From: an uncultured virus (IMG/VR IMGVR_UViG_2811995091_000109)
Lineage: Duplodnaviria > Heunggongvirae > Uroviricota > Caudoviricetes
IMG/VR virus record: IMGVR_UViG_2811995091_000109
Coordinates: 1 to 64,000 of that record
Length of the DNA stretch: 64,000 nucleotides
Reading direction: 5' to 3' (one strand)
Shown here in pieces: positions 27,771-38,800 of this stretch. The translations under genes and the position numbers were made by a program. The first letter of the stretch is position 1; each line of letters starts with the position of its first letter. The notes under the pieces are model-generated. The model worked only from the letters and a program-made list of their open reading frames with translations, searched no databases and was not told the origin of the DNA.

Positions 27771-29423
27771 TTAATATTTGTGTACTAAGGTGCCTTCTTC
27801 TGGAGGTCGCCATCCAGCAGGAGGTTGCCAGCTAGATGGATTCTCGGCTTGTTCTGACACAATAGCTTCTGTATTTATCAGCAGCAATGAAATACTAGCA
27901 GCATTTTGAAGGGCTGTTCTCGTAACTTTCTTTGGATCAATAACACCGGCTACAACTAAATCCTCAAATTTGCCATTTGCAGCATTATATCCAAAATTTA
28001 TATTTTTCGAACCCAAAACCTTCTTTATTATTTTACCGGAATCCTCAAATGCATTTTCAACAATTTGAGTAATCGGACGCACACACGCGTCCAAGAGCAC
28101 CTTTGCGGCCGGGGCTAATTCTTTGTCTAAAGAGGACAAATCAACTTTATTTGCAGCCCTAAGCAATGCTATCCCACCTCCTGCAACATAGCCCTCTTCA
28201 ATTGCGGCTCTTGTTGCACAAATGGCATCATCAACTCTGTCGCCTTTTTCTCTAAGCTCAAGCTCTGTAGAGTACCCAACAGACAATATGGCTGCTTTGT
28301 TTTTAAGAAACGATATTCTGTTATTTACATCCAAACGTTCTGAATCGCCTATAAGTTTGTCTAAGTCTTTTCTATATGCAGAAAGCTTATCCTTCATCCT
28401 GGACTCATCTTTGCTTCCTTCAAATATCTTGGTTAAGAATCTGTTTACAACTACCTTTTTGGCAAAGCCTAAATCGTCAACTGTAGCGCTAGACAGGGCG
28501 CTTCCCCCGTCAGCCCCAAAGACCCTGGTTCCAACCAGCGCAGAGAGCGCCTCAAGCCACTCTAACCTGCCACTAACACCAATGCCCATAGGAGGTATGT
28601 TAACAGCAACAACTTTTAATCTTCCAAGCTTATTGTTTGTAACGAATGTAGCCAAAGCTTCTTGTTTTACGGCTCTGGCTAAAACCAAAACTGGAAGATT
28701 TTTGTTTGATAAATCATTAAGCAAGTTAAAGCAAGAAGTTAGAGAAGTTATCTCCTCATCACATATTAAAATATTACAATTATCTATAATAATATCCGAA
28801 TGATCTTCTGTTAAAAAGGCCGGAGTTACATATCCAGCCTTTAACTCTACTCCGTCAACAAATCTAACAGAGGTTTCTGGCCCTGGGCACGCCTCTGCAG
28901 TAACAGCTCCCTCTAATCCAATTGTGTCAAATGCCTCTGCTATTTTATAGCCAATATCTTCATCGTTATTAGCAGAGATTGTTGCAATATTTTGAAGAGA
29001 ACTGAGCCCATCAATGTCCGTTGCCATACCATTTAAGTTATTAACGACTTGGTCTACCGCCCATTCTACGCCTCGTTTAAAATTAAGAGGACTATAATTA
29101 GTATTTATTAATTCATTTCCTCTCTTAAAAATTTCATGAGCTAAAACTGTTGCGGTAGTTGTTCCATCTCCAGCTACAGCCGCAGTTCTGCCTGCCGCCT
29201 CTTTTATTAACTGACACGCTAATTCTTCAATTGGATCTTCAAGAGTAACTTCTCTTGCTACGGTTACACCGTCTTTGGTCAAAACTGGCGAGCCCACGAA
29301 CTTCCCCAAAATAACATTTTTACCTTGAGGCCCCATTGTGACGCCAACTGTCTTAGCCAGCTTCTCTGCTCCAGACAGAAGAGTTGCTCTAGCCTCTTCG
29401 CTGTAAGTTAAATCTTTAGCCAT
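27771..29423 (-). CDS. groEL: GroEL-like chaperonin
   Basis: MGPQGKNV, TKDGVTVA, GDGTTTA, ATISAN, DRVDDA, GGGIAL, GVIDP.KV. Confidence 0.95.
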   Translation of the reverse strand: MAKDLTYSEEARATLLSGAEKLAKTVGVTMGPQGKNVILGKFVGSPVLTKDGVTVAREVTLEDPIEELACQLIKEAAGRTAAVAGDGTTTATVLAHEIFKRGNELINTNYSPLNFKRGVEWAVDQVVNNLNGMATDIDGLSSLQNIATISANNDEDIGYKIAEAFDTIGLEGAVTAEACPGPETSVRFVDGVELKAGYVTPAFLTEDHSDIIIDNCNILICDEEITSLTSCFNLLNDLSNKNLPVLVLARAVKQEALATFVTNNKLGRLKVVAVNIPPMGIGVSGRLEWLEALSALVGTRVFGADGGSALSSATVDDLGFAKKVVVNRFLTKIFEGSKDESRMKDKLSAYRKDLDKLIGDSERLDVNNRISFLKNKAAILSVGYSTELELREKGDRVDDAICATRAAIEEGYVAGGGIALLRAANKVDLSSLDKELAPAAKVLLDACVRPITQIVENAFEDSGKIIKKVLGSKNINFGYNAANGKFEDLVVAGVIDPKKVTRTALQNAASISLLLINTEAIVSEQAENPSSWQPPAGWRPPEEGTLVHKY

Positions 29424-29434
29424 TGTATCTTTCC

Positions 29435-29968
29435 TTATCTTTCTTTTAAAATATATGTTAATGCAACCGCAATTGCGTCTGCTTCATCATAGCATTCTTT
29501 AGATATTTTACCATTTTTATTATTTCTTAAACTAAAAGAAGAAAAGTATTTTTTTATAAAATCAAAACAATCTTCTTTTGAAGATATCCTGTATCCAGCA
29601 AACTTAGAAAGCATGGATCTGATGGTTGAAACAGCATATCTGTTTGGTTCATATCCCAAGCTCTTTAAGCAAGCCATAGAGGTCAATTCGTTAAAAACAG
29701 ATAATACTATTATGGTTCTTGCAGTGCTTCTTCCTGCCGGAAACTTATTAGCATAAGCCTCCGAAGCAACAATGTCAGGACGTTTTTCTTGAAAAAAATC
29801 ATAAAGCTCATCATATGCAGCGCTAACCCTAAAAGTCAGCGAGCCCTTGGTGCTTTTTGGCGGCTTTATGTTTCCATACTCTTTTAATACAATGTTATTG
29901 TCATCATATTCGAGTATTGACCAACCAATTGTGCTTGATGATATGTCTAATCCTAGTATTGTTTTCAT
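29435..29968 (-). CDS. ruvC: RuvC-like Holliday junction resolvase
   Basis: ILGLDISSSTIGW, PDIVASE, DEADAIAVA. Confidence 0.8.
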   Translation of the reverse strand: MKTILGLDISSSTIGWSILEYDDNNIVLKEYGNIKPPKSTKGSLTFRVSAAYDELYDFFQEKRPDIVASEAYANKFPAGRSTARTIIVLSVFNELTSMACLKSLGYEPNRYAVSTIRSMLSKFAGYRISSKEDCFDFIKKYFSSFSLRNNKNGKISKECYDEADAIAVALTYILKER

Positions 29969-29971
29969 AAT

Positions 29972-30007
29972 AAAAAAGGCGTATAGAGATTTTACTCTAT
30001 ACGCCTT
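29972..30007 (-). terminator. Rho-independent terminator after ssb
   Basis: 13-bp perfect stem AAGGCGTATAGAG/CTCTATACGCCTT with a U-tract on the minus strand. Confidence 0.8.
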
Positions 30008-30025
30008 AAATTATCTTACAGAAAC

Positions 30026-30637
30026 TTATTCAAAATCAAAGTCAAAGTCTTCATCTGTTGCTGTATCAGTACTCGTTGCGCTAACCTCGTCAACGCTCCA
30101 AGACATAACCTCACAAACCTCAGTTGAGCTGGAAGGAGAAATCAACTTTTCGACATTCACTCTGTCATTGAAATCTACAAACCGAGCCTTAAAGTCTGAG
30201 GACAATGGCTCCTTTGGATTCGGAGTAACACTGTAAAGAGGCTGCGAACCCTTTGGCCCCTTGCTTACGGTTAAATCATAAGCAGTAACCTTTCCCCACC
30301 GACTGTTGTTATATAGAGCCTTAACTCCATTATAAATTTGAGGGCCGACTTCGAGGATTCTAAACTCATCATCTGTTCGATCCAGCACCTTGATCAACCA
30401 CCTTGGTTGACGACGAAAGCCGGAATCTTCGAGCCTGCGAACAAGCTCTGGGTGATCAACAGGGCTATTAACCTTGCGCCTAGAGCCATCGGGAGTTACT
30501 ACCCAATGAATATAAAACTGGACCGGATTGCCCATGACGCGAACTGTGTTCTCGCCTTCTTCTAACCGCATAAAATCAGACTTAGTTCCTGAGTCTGCGG
30601 CATTCCAATCAACTTCACCAAATACCATACTTGTCAT
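30026..30637 (-). CDS. Phage single-stranded DNA-binding protein (gp32-like)
   Basis: FMRLEEGENTVRV, YDLTVSK...YSVTP, acidic-aromatic tail DEDFDFDFE; replication context. Confidence 0.7.
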   Translation of the reverse strand: MTSMVFGEVDWNAADSGTKSDFMRLEEGENTVRVMGNPVQFYIHWVVTPDGSRRKVNSPVDHPELVRRLEDSGFRRQPRWLIKVLDRTDDEFRILEVGPQIYNGVKALYNNSRWGKVTAYDLTVSKGPKGSQPLYSVTPNPKEPLSSDFKARFVDFNDRVNVEKLISPSSSTEVCEVMSWSVDEVSATSTDTATDEDFDFDFE

Positions 30638-30719
30638 TTTTTTCTCCTATCTATATGTGACTTTGTCACGATTGTGGCCTAACCGCTGAATTGCGGATTG
30701 TTGCCAAATTTATTAAGAA

Positions 30720-31277
30720 TTAACCCCAATCAATGTCATCGATATCACCACCGAAATCATCAACCTTGGTTGACTTTGTGGGGAAGGGTTGACTTTCGCC
30801 AACACTACTATTATACCCAACGCTACTTGCGTTTTCAACAGAATAATCTCTACGCAAAAAGGTTTTTAATGCATAATGCCAACCAGAAAAATAACTGGTT
30901 TTATTTTCTAACCATTTTTTACAAGCCTTTGCCAATGAAAGCTGATTGCAGGATTCTATATAATCATCATCAGCTTGAGCATGCCACTCTTTATCTTTTA
31001 CCGTTTTAAAACCAGCATCTTTTGCTTTGTGCAAAGCAGCTTTTGACCAAGCTTTGTTTTTTTCTGATTCTAAAAAATTTATCCATCTATCAATCTGAAC
31101 AATCTTTTCTTGGCAAAGATTCTGGCCCTCCAATGTGTGCAACAAACCTCTTTCTGCTATGTTGGCATCCACAATACCATTTGTAGGCAACGAGCTAACA
31201 ACACTTTCTATTCCAGATATATCGATATCTTCGATAGAAAATGTGTTTATTGAAATTTTCTCATGAAGCTTTGACAC
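30720..31277 (-). CDS. Helical protein, possible UvsY-like recombination mediator
   Basis: Coiled-coil KDKEWHAQADDDY...KKWLE pattern, acidic tail DDIDWG, adjacent to SSB. Confidence 0.35.
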   Translation of the reverse strand: MSKLHEKISINTFSIEDIDISGIESVVSSLPTNGIVDANIAERGLLHTLEGQNLCQEKIVQIDRWINFLESEKNKAWSKAALHKAKDAGFKTVKDKEWHAQADDDYIESCNQLSLAKACKKWLENKTSYFSGWHYALKTFLRRDYSVENASSVGYNSSVGESQPFPTKSTKVDDFGGDIDDIDWG

Positions 31278-31298
31278 AACTTCTCCTAAATTATTATT

Positions 31299-31625
31299 CT
31301 ATTTTTGCTCTAATTTTTCTATCCGCTCAACAATATTATTCACCTGGAAAAAATTGTCAACTTTTATTTCAAGGTCCAAAACTTTATTTATCTTCTTGTC
31401 CAAGACCCTTATTCTTTGATTCATCATAACATTTAACAGGAAAAAAATTACGCCGAGAGGAACATTCTTATTTACCGGAGGATTAATAAAAGTTATTATT
31501 CCATTTTTATCTGTTTTGAACAAACCGATAAACTCAGAGCCTCCAAACTGCTCTTTCAGAGAGCAGTAATATTCAAACTCACTGTCACTTAACTCAAGTC
31601 GCTTATTTCCAACGGCTCGTATCAA
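31299..31625 (-). CDS. Hypothetical protein
   Basis: 108-aa ORF overlapping the upstream gene. Confidence 0.55.
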   Translation of the reverse strand: MIRAVGNKRLELSDSEFEYYCSLKEQFGGSEFIGLFKTDKNGIITFINPPVNKNVPLGVIFFLLNVMMNQRIRVLDKKINKVLDLEIKVDNFFQVNNIVERIEKLEQK

Positions 31626-32089
31626 TCCGAAACCCTCCTAACTGTTGGCCCAGAATTCTTAACCTTGCTTTCTTTTGCTATTCTTTTTAACCTTGCAACC
31701 TTTAAATCTTCATCAGCATTTTCTAACGCATCTTCCATATCTGTTAATGCTTCACTTCTAATCTCTTCTCTAATATTGTCATAGCTCTCTTCTTTAAACT
31801 CTTCTACGGCAACAAGGCTCTCGTCAACCGGAATAGACTCCTCTTCATTAGTAGCTTCTGTATTAACAGGAAAAAACTCTGACATTATAAATAATGATAA
31901 ATCAAAAATTAATTCATTATTTAATTCCTGCGAAAACTCTTGTTCCAATATTCTTTGTTTCATAAGATCTAGTCTGCGAGAATGAAGATCTCCCAAAAGA
32001 GCCGAGCCACAACTAGGGCAGCAATTCTTCATCAAAGAATGTCTCATTGATGTATTAACTTCAAATTCACAATTTTTACAAACTATCAT
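31622..32089 (-). CDS. Zinc-ribbon protein
   Basis: CKNC...CCPSCG at the N-terminus; overlaps the dnaE stop. Confidence 0.6.
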   Translation of the reverse strand: MIVCKNCEFEVNTSMRHSLMKNCCPSCGSALLGDLHSRRLDLMKQRILEQEFSQELNNELIFDLSLFIMSEFFPVNTEATNEEESIPVDESLVAVEEFKEESYDNIREEIRSEALTDMEDALENADEDLKVARLKRIAKESKVKNSGPTVRRVSD

Positions 32090-35000
32090 ATATCTCTCCC
32101 ATAAATTCTCTCCAGAGCGGAAAGCGCTAAATCTTTTTGATCTAAATAACTATTCACTTTACATATAGCCTTAATAGGTAGGCCGTCTTTAAGCATCGAC
32201 TTATATTTTTCATAATCCTCTGCCCAAAGAGTTAGCCCACAAGTGTCTCCATTAATATCTTCTATAAGATATTTTGCAAACTTCTTACCTATATTCTTCC
32301 CATTTTTAATTTTAAATTCTTTTATCTTTGTTTTTATTATAGCTTCAACTTTTATTCTTGTTCCGCTATTTAAAACACTAACTTGCGAAAGCGGAGTAAC
32401 GAGAGAGCCTCCTGTGAAAAAGCTTTTAAATACTTCGTGAAGATTGCCGCTTAATGATCTGCCCAAAACTTCTCTTTCAAATAATAAAATATTTTTCCTA
32501 TCCCATTCTTCCTCTGAATCACCAAATTCTAGCTCATCTATTATCTTACGAAATTCATCAGAATTTTTTAAGATAGAATGCTTTTCAAAGAGTACATCTC
32601 TTTGGTCCTTTGGAACCTTTTTCATAGTTGGGTTTGCAGCAAAAATCTTTGATTCAATAGCTTTTTTGATTGCATTTTTAGCCTTTGATCTATATTTTTG
32701 ATAGTTATCATGCATATCCTGCCTAGTTCTGTCGAAGCAATCTAAGGCTCCTGCTTTTGACAAAGACTGTATGATTGTCTTTCCAACTGTTCTGCTATCG
32801 TTTCTTGCTAAAAAGTCTGGATAGTTTTTATAAGGCTGATTTTCTATAATGCTTATTATAGCCTTATCTCCAACACCTTTTATGGCAGATGTTCCAGTGG
32901 ATATATTTCCGTCTTCTAGAATTGTATATCTACCAGCACTATAATTAACATTCGGAGGCAGAACTTCTATGCCCATCTTTCTACATTCATCAAGATACTC
33001 TTGAGCCTTATCACTATTGGGATCTTCTGAGTTTATTAAGGCACACATAAATTCAGATGGATAGTGGTGCTTTAACCATGCTGTATAAAAGGATATAATT
33101 GAATAAGAAATAGAATGAGATTTATTGAACGCATATCCGCCTAATGGTTCTATATACGTCTTCCATATTTTACATGCCACTTCATATGTCATATCGCTAT
33201 AATTCATGCAATCTTTTACGAAATTTGTTTCTGTGCGCAAAACAAGCTTTGGATCCTTGCCTTTTAGCTTGCTAATCTTTCTCAAAGCATCTGCTTGATT
33301 CAGGTCCCAACCAGCACAATCTTGAGCGATAATCATGGCTTGCTCTTCGTACACTAAAACTCCATAAGTTTTCTCCAAAGCCCGCTCAAGATTTGGATGT
33401 TCATATACAGTTTTTTCTAATCCAAGTCTTCGTTTGGCATATCTTCTTCTCTCTGCAGGCTTGCAGGAGGGTCTTCCAATGGCATTGATAGCAGATATAT
33501 CCTCTATGCTTTTTGGCTTTAGTTTTATACAAAACGGAGTTAAAGAGGACTCTAGCTGAAACAAGCCTATAGTCTTTCCTCGACCTATCATATCATAAAC
33601 CTTCTGATCCTTCATATCTATATCGTCTACGGTCAAGTCTTTTCCGGTAGAATTCTTTATAAGCTTAAAGGCATCGTCTATAACCGTTAGAGTTTTTAGG
33701 CCCAAGAGATCCATTTTAATGAGACCGTTTTCTTCACACCTAGTCTTTTCCCATTGAGTTATAATGTGGCCCTCTTTATCTATTCTTAAAGGAACAGACT
33801 CGCAAAGAGCGCCTTCTCCAATGACTATGCCTGCAGCATGCATAGACCAGTTTCTGGTAAGGTTTTGCAGCTTAGAAGCATACTCGTATAATTCTGGATA
33901 TTGATTCATATACACACACAGCTGTGTGCTTTCGTTCATGGCCTTGCTCAAAGTATCTGCATCAGGCATAATAGAAGTTATAGTATTCGCTATTTTAAAG
34001 GCAGAAGATTTATCTCCACCAAGCCTAAGACTTCTTGCTACATCTTTTATAACAACCCTGGGAGATAAAGTGCTCCAATTAGATATAGAGGCAACACGCT
34101 CTGCGCCATACTTGTCTTTAATATAGTTTTTTACCAATCCAGGATCAGAAAAATCAGAATCAATATCTGGAAAGGATTTCTTTTTATTATTGTGAAATCT
34201 TTCAAAGATTAAATCATATTCTATTGGATCTACATTTGTTATGCCTGTCAAATATGCAACCAGAGAGCCTGCGGCAGACCCCCTTGCTGGACCAACAGGC
34301 ATCCTTTTCTTTGCCCAATTAACATAATCTGAAACAATCAACATATAAGAAGAAAAATTCTTTTCCTCTAAGACAGAAAGCTCTGCTTTAACTCTGTCCC
34401 AATACTCTTCCTTGTCATCTTTGTCCAAGTGAGTCAGCTTCTCTTTAAACCCCTCTACGCACTTATATCTAAGATAAGATTTATCATCAGGGATTGTTGA
34501 TTTAATTTTGCTCTTCCACTCTAAAAACTCTTTATAATCTGGCTCTTCAGATACAGAGAAAGAAGGAAGCATTGCCCCTTTAGGTTTGATATATGATGGT
34601 TCTGCGCATTCATTCATAATCTTTATAGAATTCTGCATACCAATATTTGCAACCTTGGGTCCAAAGAAATCAATAACTTCTTCATGAGTTTTCAAATACA
34701 TGTCTTGAACGCCATAGCGAAATCTATCTGGATCATCTACGGCTTTCTTGTCTTTTATGGCAAGCATAAAATCATGATATTTTGCATGCTCCTTATCCCT
34801 ATAATGAGCATCACACGTTATAACATATGGAATTCCAAAATCATTAGATATTCTCAAAAGAGAATCATTTAGCTTTTGTTGATTAACTTCTCGTCCGTTT
34901 TTGTTTACGTCATATAAAGCATGAGGCTGTAACTCTAAAAACAATCTATCCTTAAATATCTCATGCAGCCTGTTTATATGGCACAATGCTTTTTCTTCAT

Positions 35001-35457
35001 CATTATCTGTTATAAGAGTTTTTGCTATCAAACCATTGCTACATGCAGTGAGGGCAAAGACTCCTTCGTTATAAGCCTCTATGTGCTCCCAGGAGATCCT
35101 GGGAGTTTTCTTTCCCATATATCCAGAAACTTGATTTTGATATGAATGATAATTTAACTTAAGAATATTTCTATACCCTATTTCATTCTTGGCCAAAAGC
35201 ACTAAATGGTAAGACTTTCTGCTAGATAAATCATCTGCAAAATAAGCTTCTATTCCAGGTATTAGCTTAACACCAGTTTCTTGACTGGCCTTCCAAGCGT
35301 CATATAGAGCAGTTAGGGTTCCGTGATCTGTCACGGCTACTGCCGGATGATCAACCTCTTTGGCTCTACGAAACAAATCATAGGTATCATTCATGCCGTC
35401 CAAAGGGCTTCCTAATTCAGTATGATTATGCAGCGATACAAAAGGACCTTTTGTCAT
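32086..35457 (-). CDS. dnaE: DNA polymerase III alpha subunit (family C)
   Basis: PHP domain (LHNHT, TDHG, GIEAY, DAHY), RGSAAGSLVAY, FERF...PDIDSD, KMDLLGL, YAFNKSH, HhH IKGVG, C-terminal OB fold. Confidence 0.97.
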   Translation of the reverse strand: MTKGPFVSLHNHTELGSPLDGMNDTYDLFRRAKEVDHPAVAVTDHGTLTALYDAWKASQETGVKLIPGIEAYFADDLSSRKSYHLVLLAKNEIGYRNILKLNYHSYQNQVSGYMGKKTPRISWEHIEAYNEGVFALTACSNGLIAKTLITDNDEEKALCHINRLHEIFKDRLFLELQPHALYDVNKNGREVNQQKLNDSLLRISNDFGIPYVITCDAHYRDKEHAKYHDFMLAIKDKKAVDDPDRFRYGVQDMYLKTHEEVIDFFGPKVANIGMQNSIKIMNECAEPSYIKPKGAMLPSFSVSEEPDYKEFLEWKSKIKSTIPDDKSYLRYKCVEGFKEKLTHLDKDDKEEYWDRVKAELSVLEEKNFSSYMLIVSDYVNWAKKRMPVGPARGSAAGSLVAYLTGITNVDPIEYDLIFERFHNNKKKSFPDIDSDFSDPGLVKNYIKDKYGAERVASISNWSTLSPRVVIKDVARSLRLGGDKSSAFKIANTITSIMPDADTLSKAMNESTQLCVYMNQYPELYEYASKLQNLTRNWSMHAAGIVIGEGALCESVPLRIDKEGHIITQWEKTRCEENGLIKMDLLGLKTLTVIDDAFKLIKNSTGKDLTVDDIDMKDQKVYDMIGRGKTIGLFQLESSLTPFCIKLKPKSIEDISAINAIGRPSCKPAERRRYAKRRLGLEKTVYEHPNLERALEKTYGVLVYEEQAMIIAQDCAGWDLNQADALRKISKLKGKDPKLVLRTETNFVKDCMNYSDMTYEVACKIWKTYIEPLGGYAFNKSHSISYSIISFYTAWLKHHYPSEFMCALINSEDPNSDKAQEYLDECRKMGIEVLPPNVNYSAGRYTILEDGNISTGTSAIKGVGDKAIISIIENQPYKNYPDFLARNDSRTVGKTIIQSLSKAGALDCFDRTRQDMHDNYQKYRSKAKNAIKKAIESKIFAANPTMKKVPKDQRDVLFEKHSILKNSDEFRKIIDELEFGDSEEEWDRKNILLFEREVLGRSLSGNLHEVFKSFFTGGSLVTPLSQVSVLNSGTRIKVEAIIKTKIKEFKIKNGKNIGKKFAKYLIEDINGDTCGLTLWAEDYEKYKSMLKDGLPIKAICKVNSYLDQKDLALSALERIYGRDI

Positions 35458-35521
35458 GAAAACCTCAATGCTTTAATTTCTAATTTATATAGGCCAGCAA
35501 GAACGCTGGCCTTCAATAATA

Positions 35522-35549
35522 ATTGTAGTCACGAAAAATTAAATTTCAA
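35522..35549 (-). promoter_or_regulatory. Sigma-70-like promoter upstream of dnaE
   Basis: TTGAAA-N16-TACAAT on the minus strand, followed by an 8-bp hairpin at 35491-35512 in the leader. Confidence 0.45.
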
Positions 35550-35560
35550 CAGAATCTAAT

Positions 35561-35842
35561 CTAATCAACAAACATATCAGATATGTTGTCATAAATCTCG
35601 TTTACAATATCCATATCTAAATCTTTTTTAGCAGCACTTAGCGCCTGCGTTAACTCTTTCTTTGGAATACTTTTTTGGTCCAGAAAATCTGCAGACCATT
35701 CTCTTCTAGAGTCCTGCAGATCTTTAATCTGTAATTCATAAACCAAGTATTGCTTAACATATTCTTTGACATCTTCTGTTGACCAAGTGGTATTTTCGTC
35801 TTGCTTTCCATCAGATTCATTAAAAATTTTTACAATATTCAT
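35561..35842 (-). CDS. Small helical protein, possibly DUF2312/GapR or T4 DsbA-like dsDNA-binding protein
   Basis: 93 aa; VKEYVKQY...QIKDLQDSRREW...IPKKELTQAL pattern; RBS AGGAG. Confidence 0.35.
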   Translation of the reverse strand: MNIVKIFNESDGKQDENTTWSTEDVKEYVKQYLVYELQIKDLQDSRREWSADFLDQKSIPKKELTQALSAAKKDLDMDIVNEIYDNISDMFVD

Positions 35843-35857
35843 TGTTTGCTCCTAGTT

Positions 35858-38800
35858 TCAGTTAGTTAAAAATTTCCACAAAGTATAAAGCTTTGCATTT
35901 TTTATTATACCGTTGCGATATATATCTTTCTTTAATTTTTTAGAATATTTTATCTTGTTAAATTTATATACGCCTTCCTTGTTGAGGCTTGAAAATAAAT
36001 CTTCTGTTATGTATTCTATCAGATATTCGCTAATAGCTTCAGCGTGTCTCTGTACAGAAATATGCCTAACTTTTGAAAGCTTTTCTAGATATTTTTTAAC
36101 TTCATCTGGATTTTTTGGAACAGGATAATATTGAACATCTGTGCCTTCACCGCTAATAATGGAATGAGAATAAAGATCTTTTACATTTAAAATATCTGGA
36201 GATTCAGAATCCCTCACTCTCTTCATTCTCTCTCTAGGAGTCATTTTGTCATCTTTTCCAAGTTTGTTGGACGGAAAAATAACATTCATTATTTTAATAT
36301 AAGCATGTGGATCACCAGTGACAGAGTCGGTTTCGTCTTTTGTGCCTATTGGATAATAGGTATTTGTACCCTTAACCCATCTGCCAAAATGTTTAAACAT
36401 TTTTTGTCCAGCGTCACTAGATATATCTCTTCTAGACTCTGGCCTCAAACGCATCCAAGGAGTTCCATCATCAGTTGTAAAGGTATCTTTTCCTATTTCA
36501 TAATCAAAAAGATCCCTACACTCTTGAGGGGTAATAACTCCCCTCTTAAAAAGTCTTTCATCAGGGTTTAAAAGATCTGTAGGGTCAATGTATGTTGTTC
36601 CACGCTCGACGCCCCTCACTCTATCTAGTCGCTCCCCAATCAAAACTGATAACTTATCTAATCCATGAACATTTATTATAAATTGTTCTATAGATTCTTT
36701 TCGCTCATTAACAGTTTCGTCTCCATCTTCTTCCTCCCAAAGCTGATGACCTCCCCAGCTTGGTCCAAACTGTTCTCCAAATATCATTTTGTGCATTGTT
36801 ACCCAATCGACAAGAGGAATATAAGAAGACACTCTTGGAGAGTACTTATAAGCCTGATCAGACGCCGACGTAGTGGCCGCTACAGCCTCTTCAGGAGTAT
36901 CTCCAAACCTGTAACCACTCTTCTTTCTTTCGCGCTTTGTACCACTCTTTGCGTTGGCAATGTAATATGGAAGACCTCTATAAGAAGAGAATAATCCAGA
37001 TATTATCTTTCTATATCTATCTTTTATCTTGGTCTGATGTGTCGTAGTAGCGCCACCTGATATAGCTTGTTTTAAATCTACTTTATATGTTTGATAAACA
37101 GCGCCTATCCTTCTGAGTATGCTCAACGCTGTTTCTGGAGGATCTCTCATTAAAAGGTCTGATATATCTAACTCTATTGGAACCCCAGGAACTGAAGTTG
37201 GTAAAGATATTGGTATTCTAGACCCAACTACAGGAAAGAGTTTTCGTGACGCCCTAAGCTTATCTGAGTCTAAGTTTTCATAATCTAAGGGGATTGGTAT
37301 GCCAACATCGCTTATTCCATCTAGAGGGCTTGGAGGAAAAAGATTATCCTTTCCATCCCTCATGGCTAATGATCCAAGGTGTATAGCCTGAGAAGAATCA
37401 AATTGGAATTCATCATTTCTATATCCAATAACGTCCTCGGATCCGTCTGGAACAACCCTGCCTGTGGCAGGATGATATATTAGGCTAATGCCTTTTTTGA
37501 AGCCTTCATTTTTAGACCCCTTTGCCAAAGAGTACTCATCTTTTTGTCGCCCAAGGTTGACGCTGTAGATTTTCCATCCATTTTTCTGATATACTTCTGG
37601 CAATCTATCATAAATATCTTCAAGCTCTATTGCGTTTGGCAACTCTTTGGATGATAAAACATATAATCCCTTTACCATAATAGGCTCTGGAATATTTATA
37701 TCAAAATTATGATACACATTACCCTTTCCGGTAAGGGCAAATATTGGATAATAATCTCCTCCGCCATTATAGTCCACTAAGTATGTTCCAAATAATGGCA
37801 TAATACTATGGGCGTCTTGAGGGGGGATTAGCTCTTTGTTGTTCCCGCTGCCTCCAAAGAACTTCCTATACTTTCCGCTTGGTGATAAGTCTACTGTAGT
37901 AAAAGGCTCATTGGTCAAAACCTTATTAACAACATCTTTTGCCCTCTGCAAATCCTCTGATGGCTCAGAGGCTTCTAGCTTGTCTATTAACTCATTAAAG
38001 TGATTATTTATATAATCTATAGCTTTATTCATATACTTAGAAGAAGTACACGCCGTTCTCAATAAGAACATTTCATTTTTAATAAGCTCTACACAATCAG
38101 CTATATTGTCAAAATATAATTCATAAAAAATTTGAGCATTATCATCGATCTTCTCTGCGGTAACCCTATCAACGCCTACTGTTATTTGACCCGTATCTCC
38201 TCGGCTTAATGCCAAAACTTTATCCGAACTAGATAGATCCACCCCAATATCATAACCTATATATTCTCTTGATTTAGAGTCTCTCATATGAAAATTATAA
38301 ATATAAGATATAGCGTCTGCAAGATACAAAGCGGAAGATGCAGACAAGACTCTCGCCATGAAATGCTTTCCTTTCATTTTAGCAATTTTATCGGTTATCC
38401 CTTCGCCCTTTTGAGGGACGCCCTCTTGATAATACTGTTTATCAACTCCAGCTCCTTTTTGCTTCACGGCCAATGGATCGTATAAAATTCTCCTTGCCCC
38501 CTCGCGTCCTAGGTCTGGAATAAGACTTGCTTTGAATTGTTCTAATAAGCTAGAAAAATCTTTACCAGCATATTCTAATGATAATATATTTTCGACATCT
38601 ATCTTGTTTGTATTATGCTCAAAAAGAAATTCTCTATATGCGGATAAAGCAGTAGCGTTTCCTTCATCCATTGCTCCGAAATACTCCCCTATAGCGCTCA
38701 TTATAGAAGAGGCAATATTCTTTAGGATTCTTTCATTAAGAGGCCTTCCTATCGAGCTCAGTAATCTTACATCGACATTCTCTAACGCCAAAAGATAATC

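Noticed and set aside
14081..35457. Inteins or introns in terL, recA or dnaE
   Set aside because: Protein lengths are ordinary, and no intein splice-junction or LAGLIDADG motifs or frame breaks were seen.
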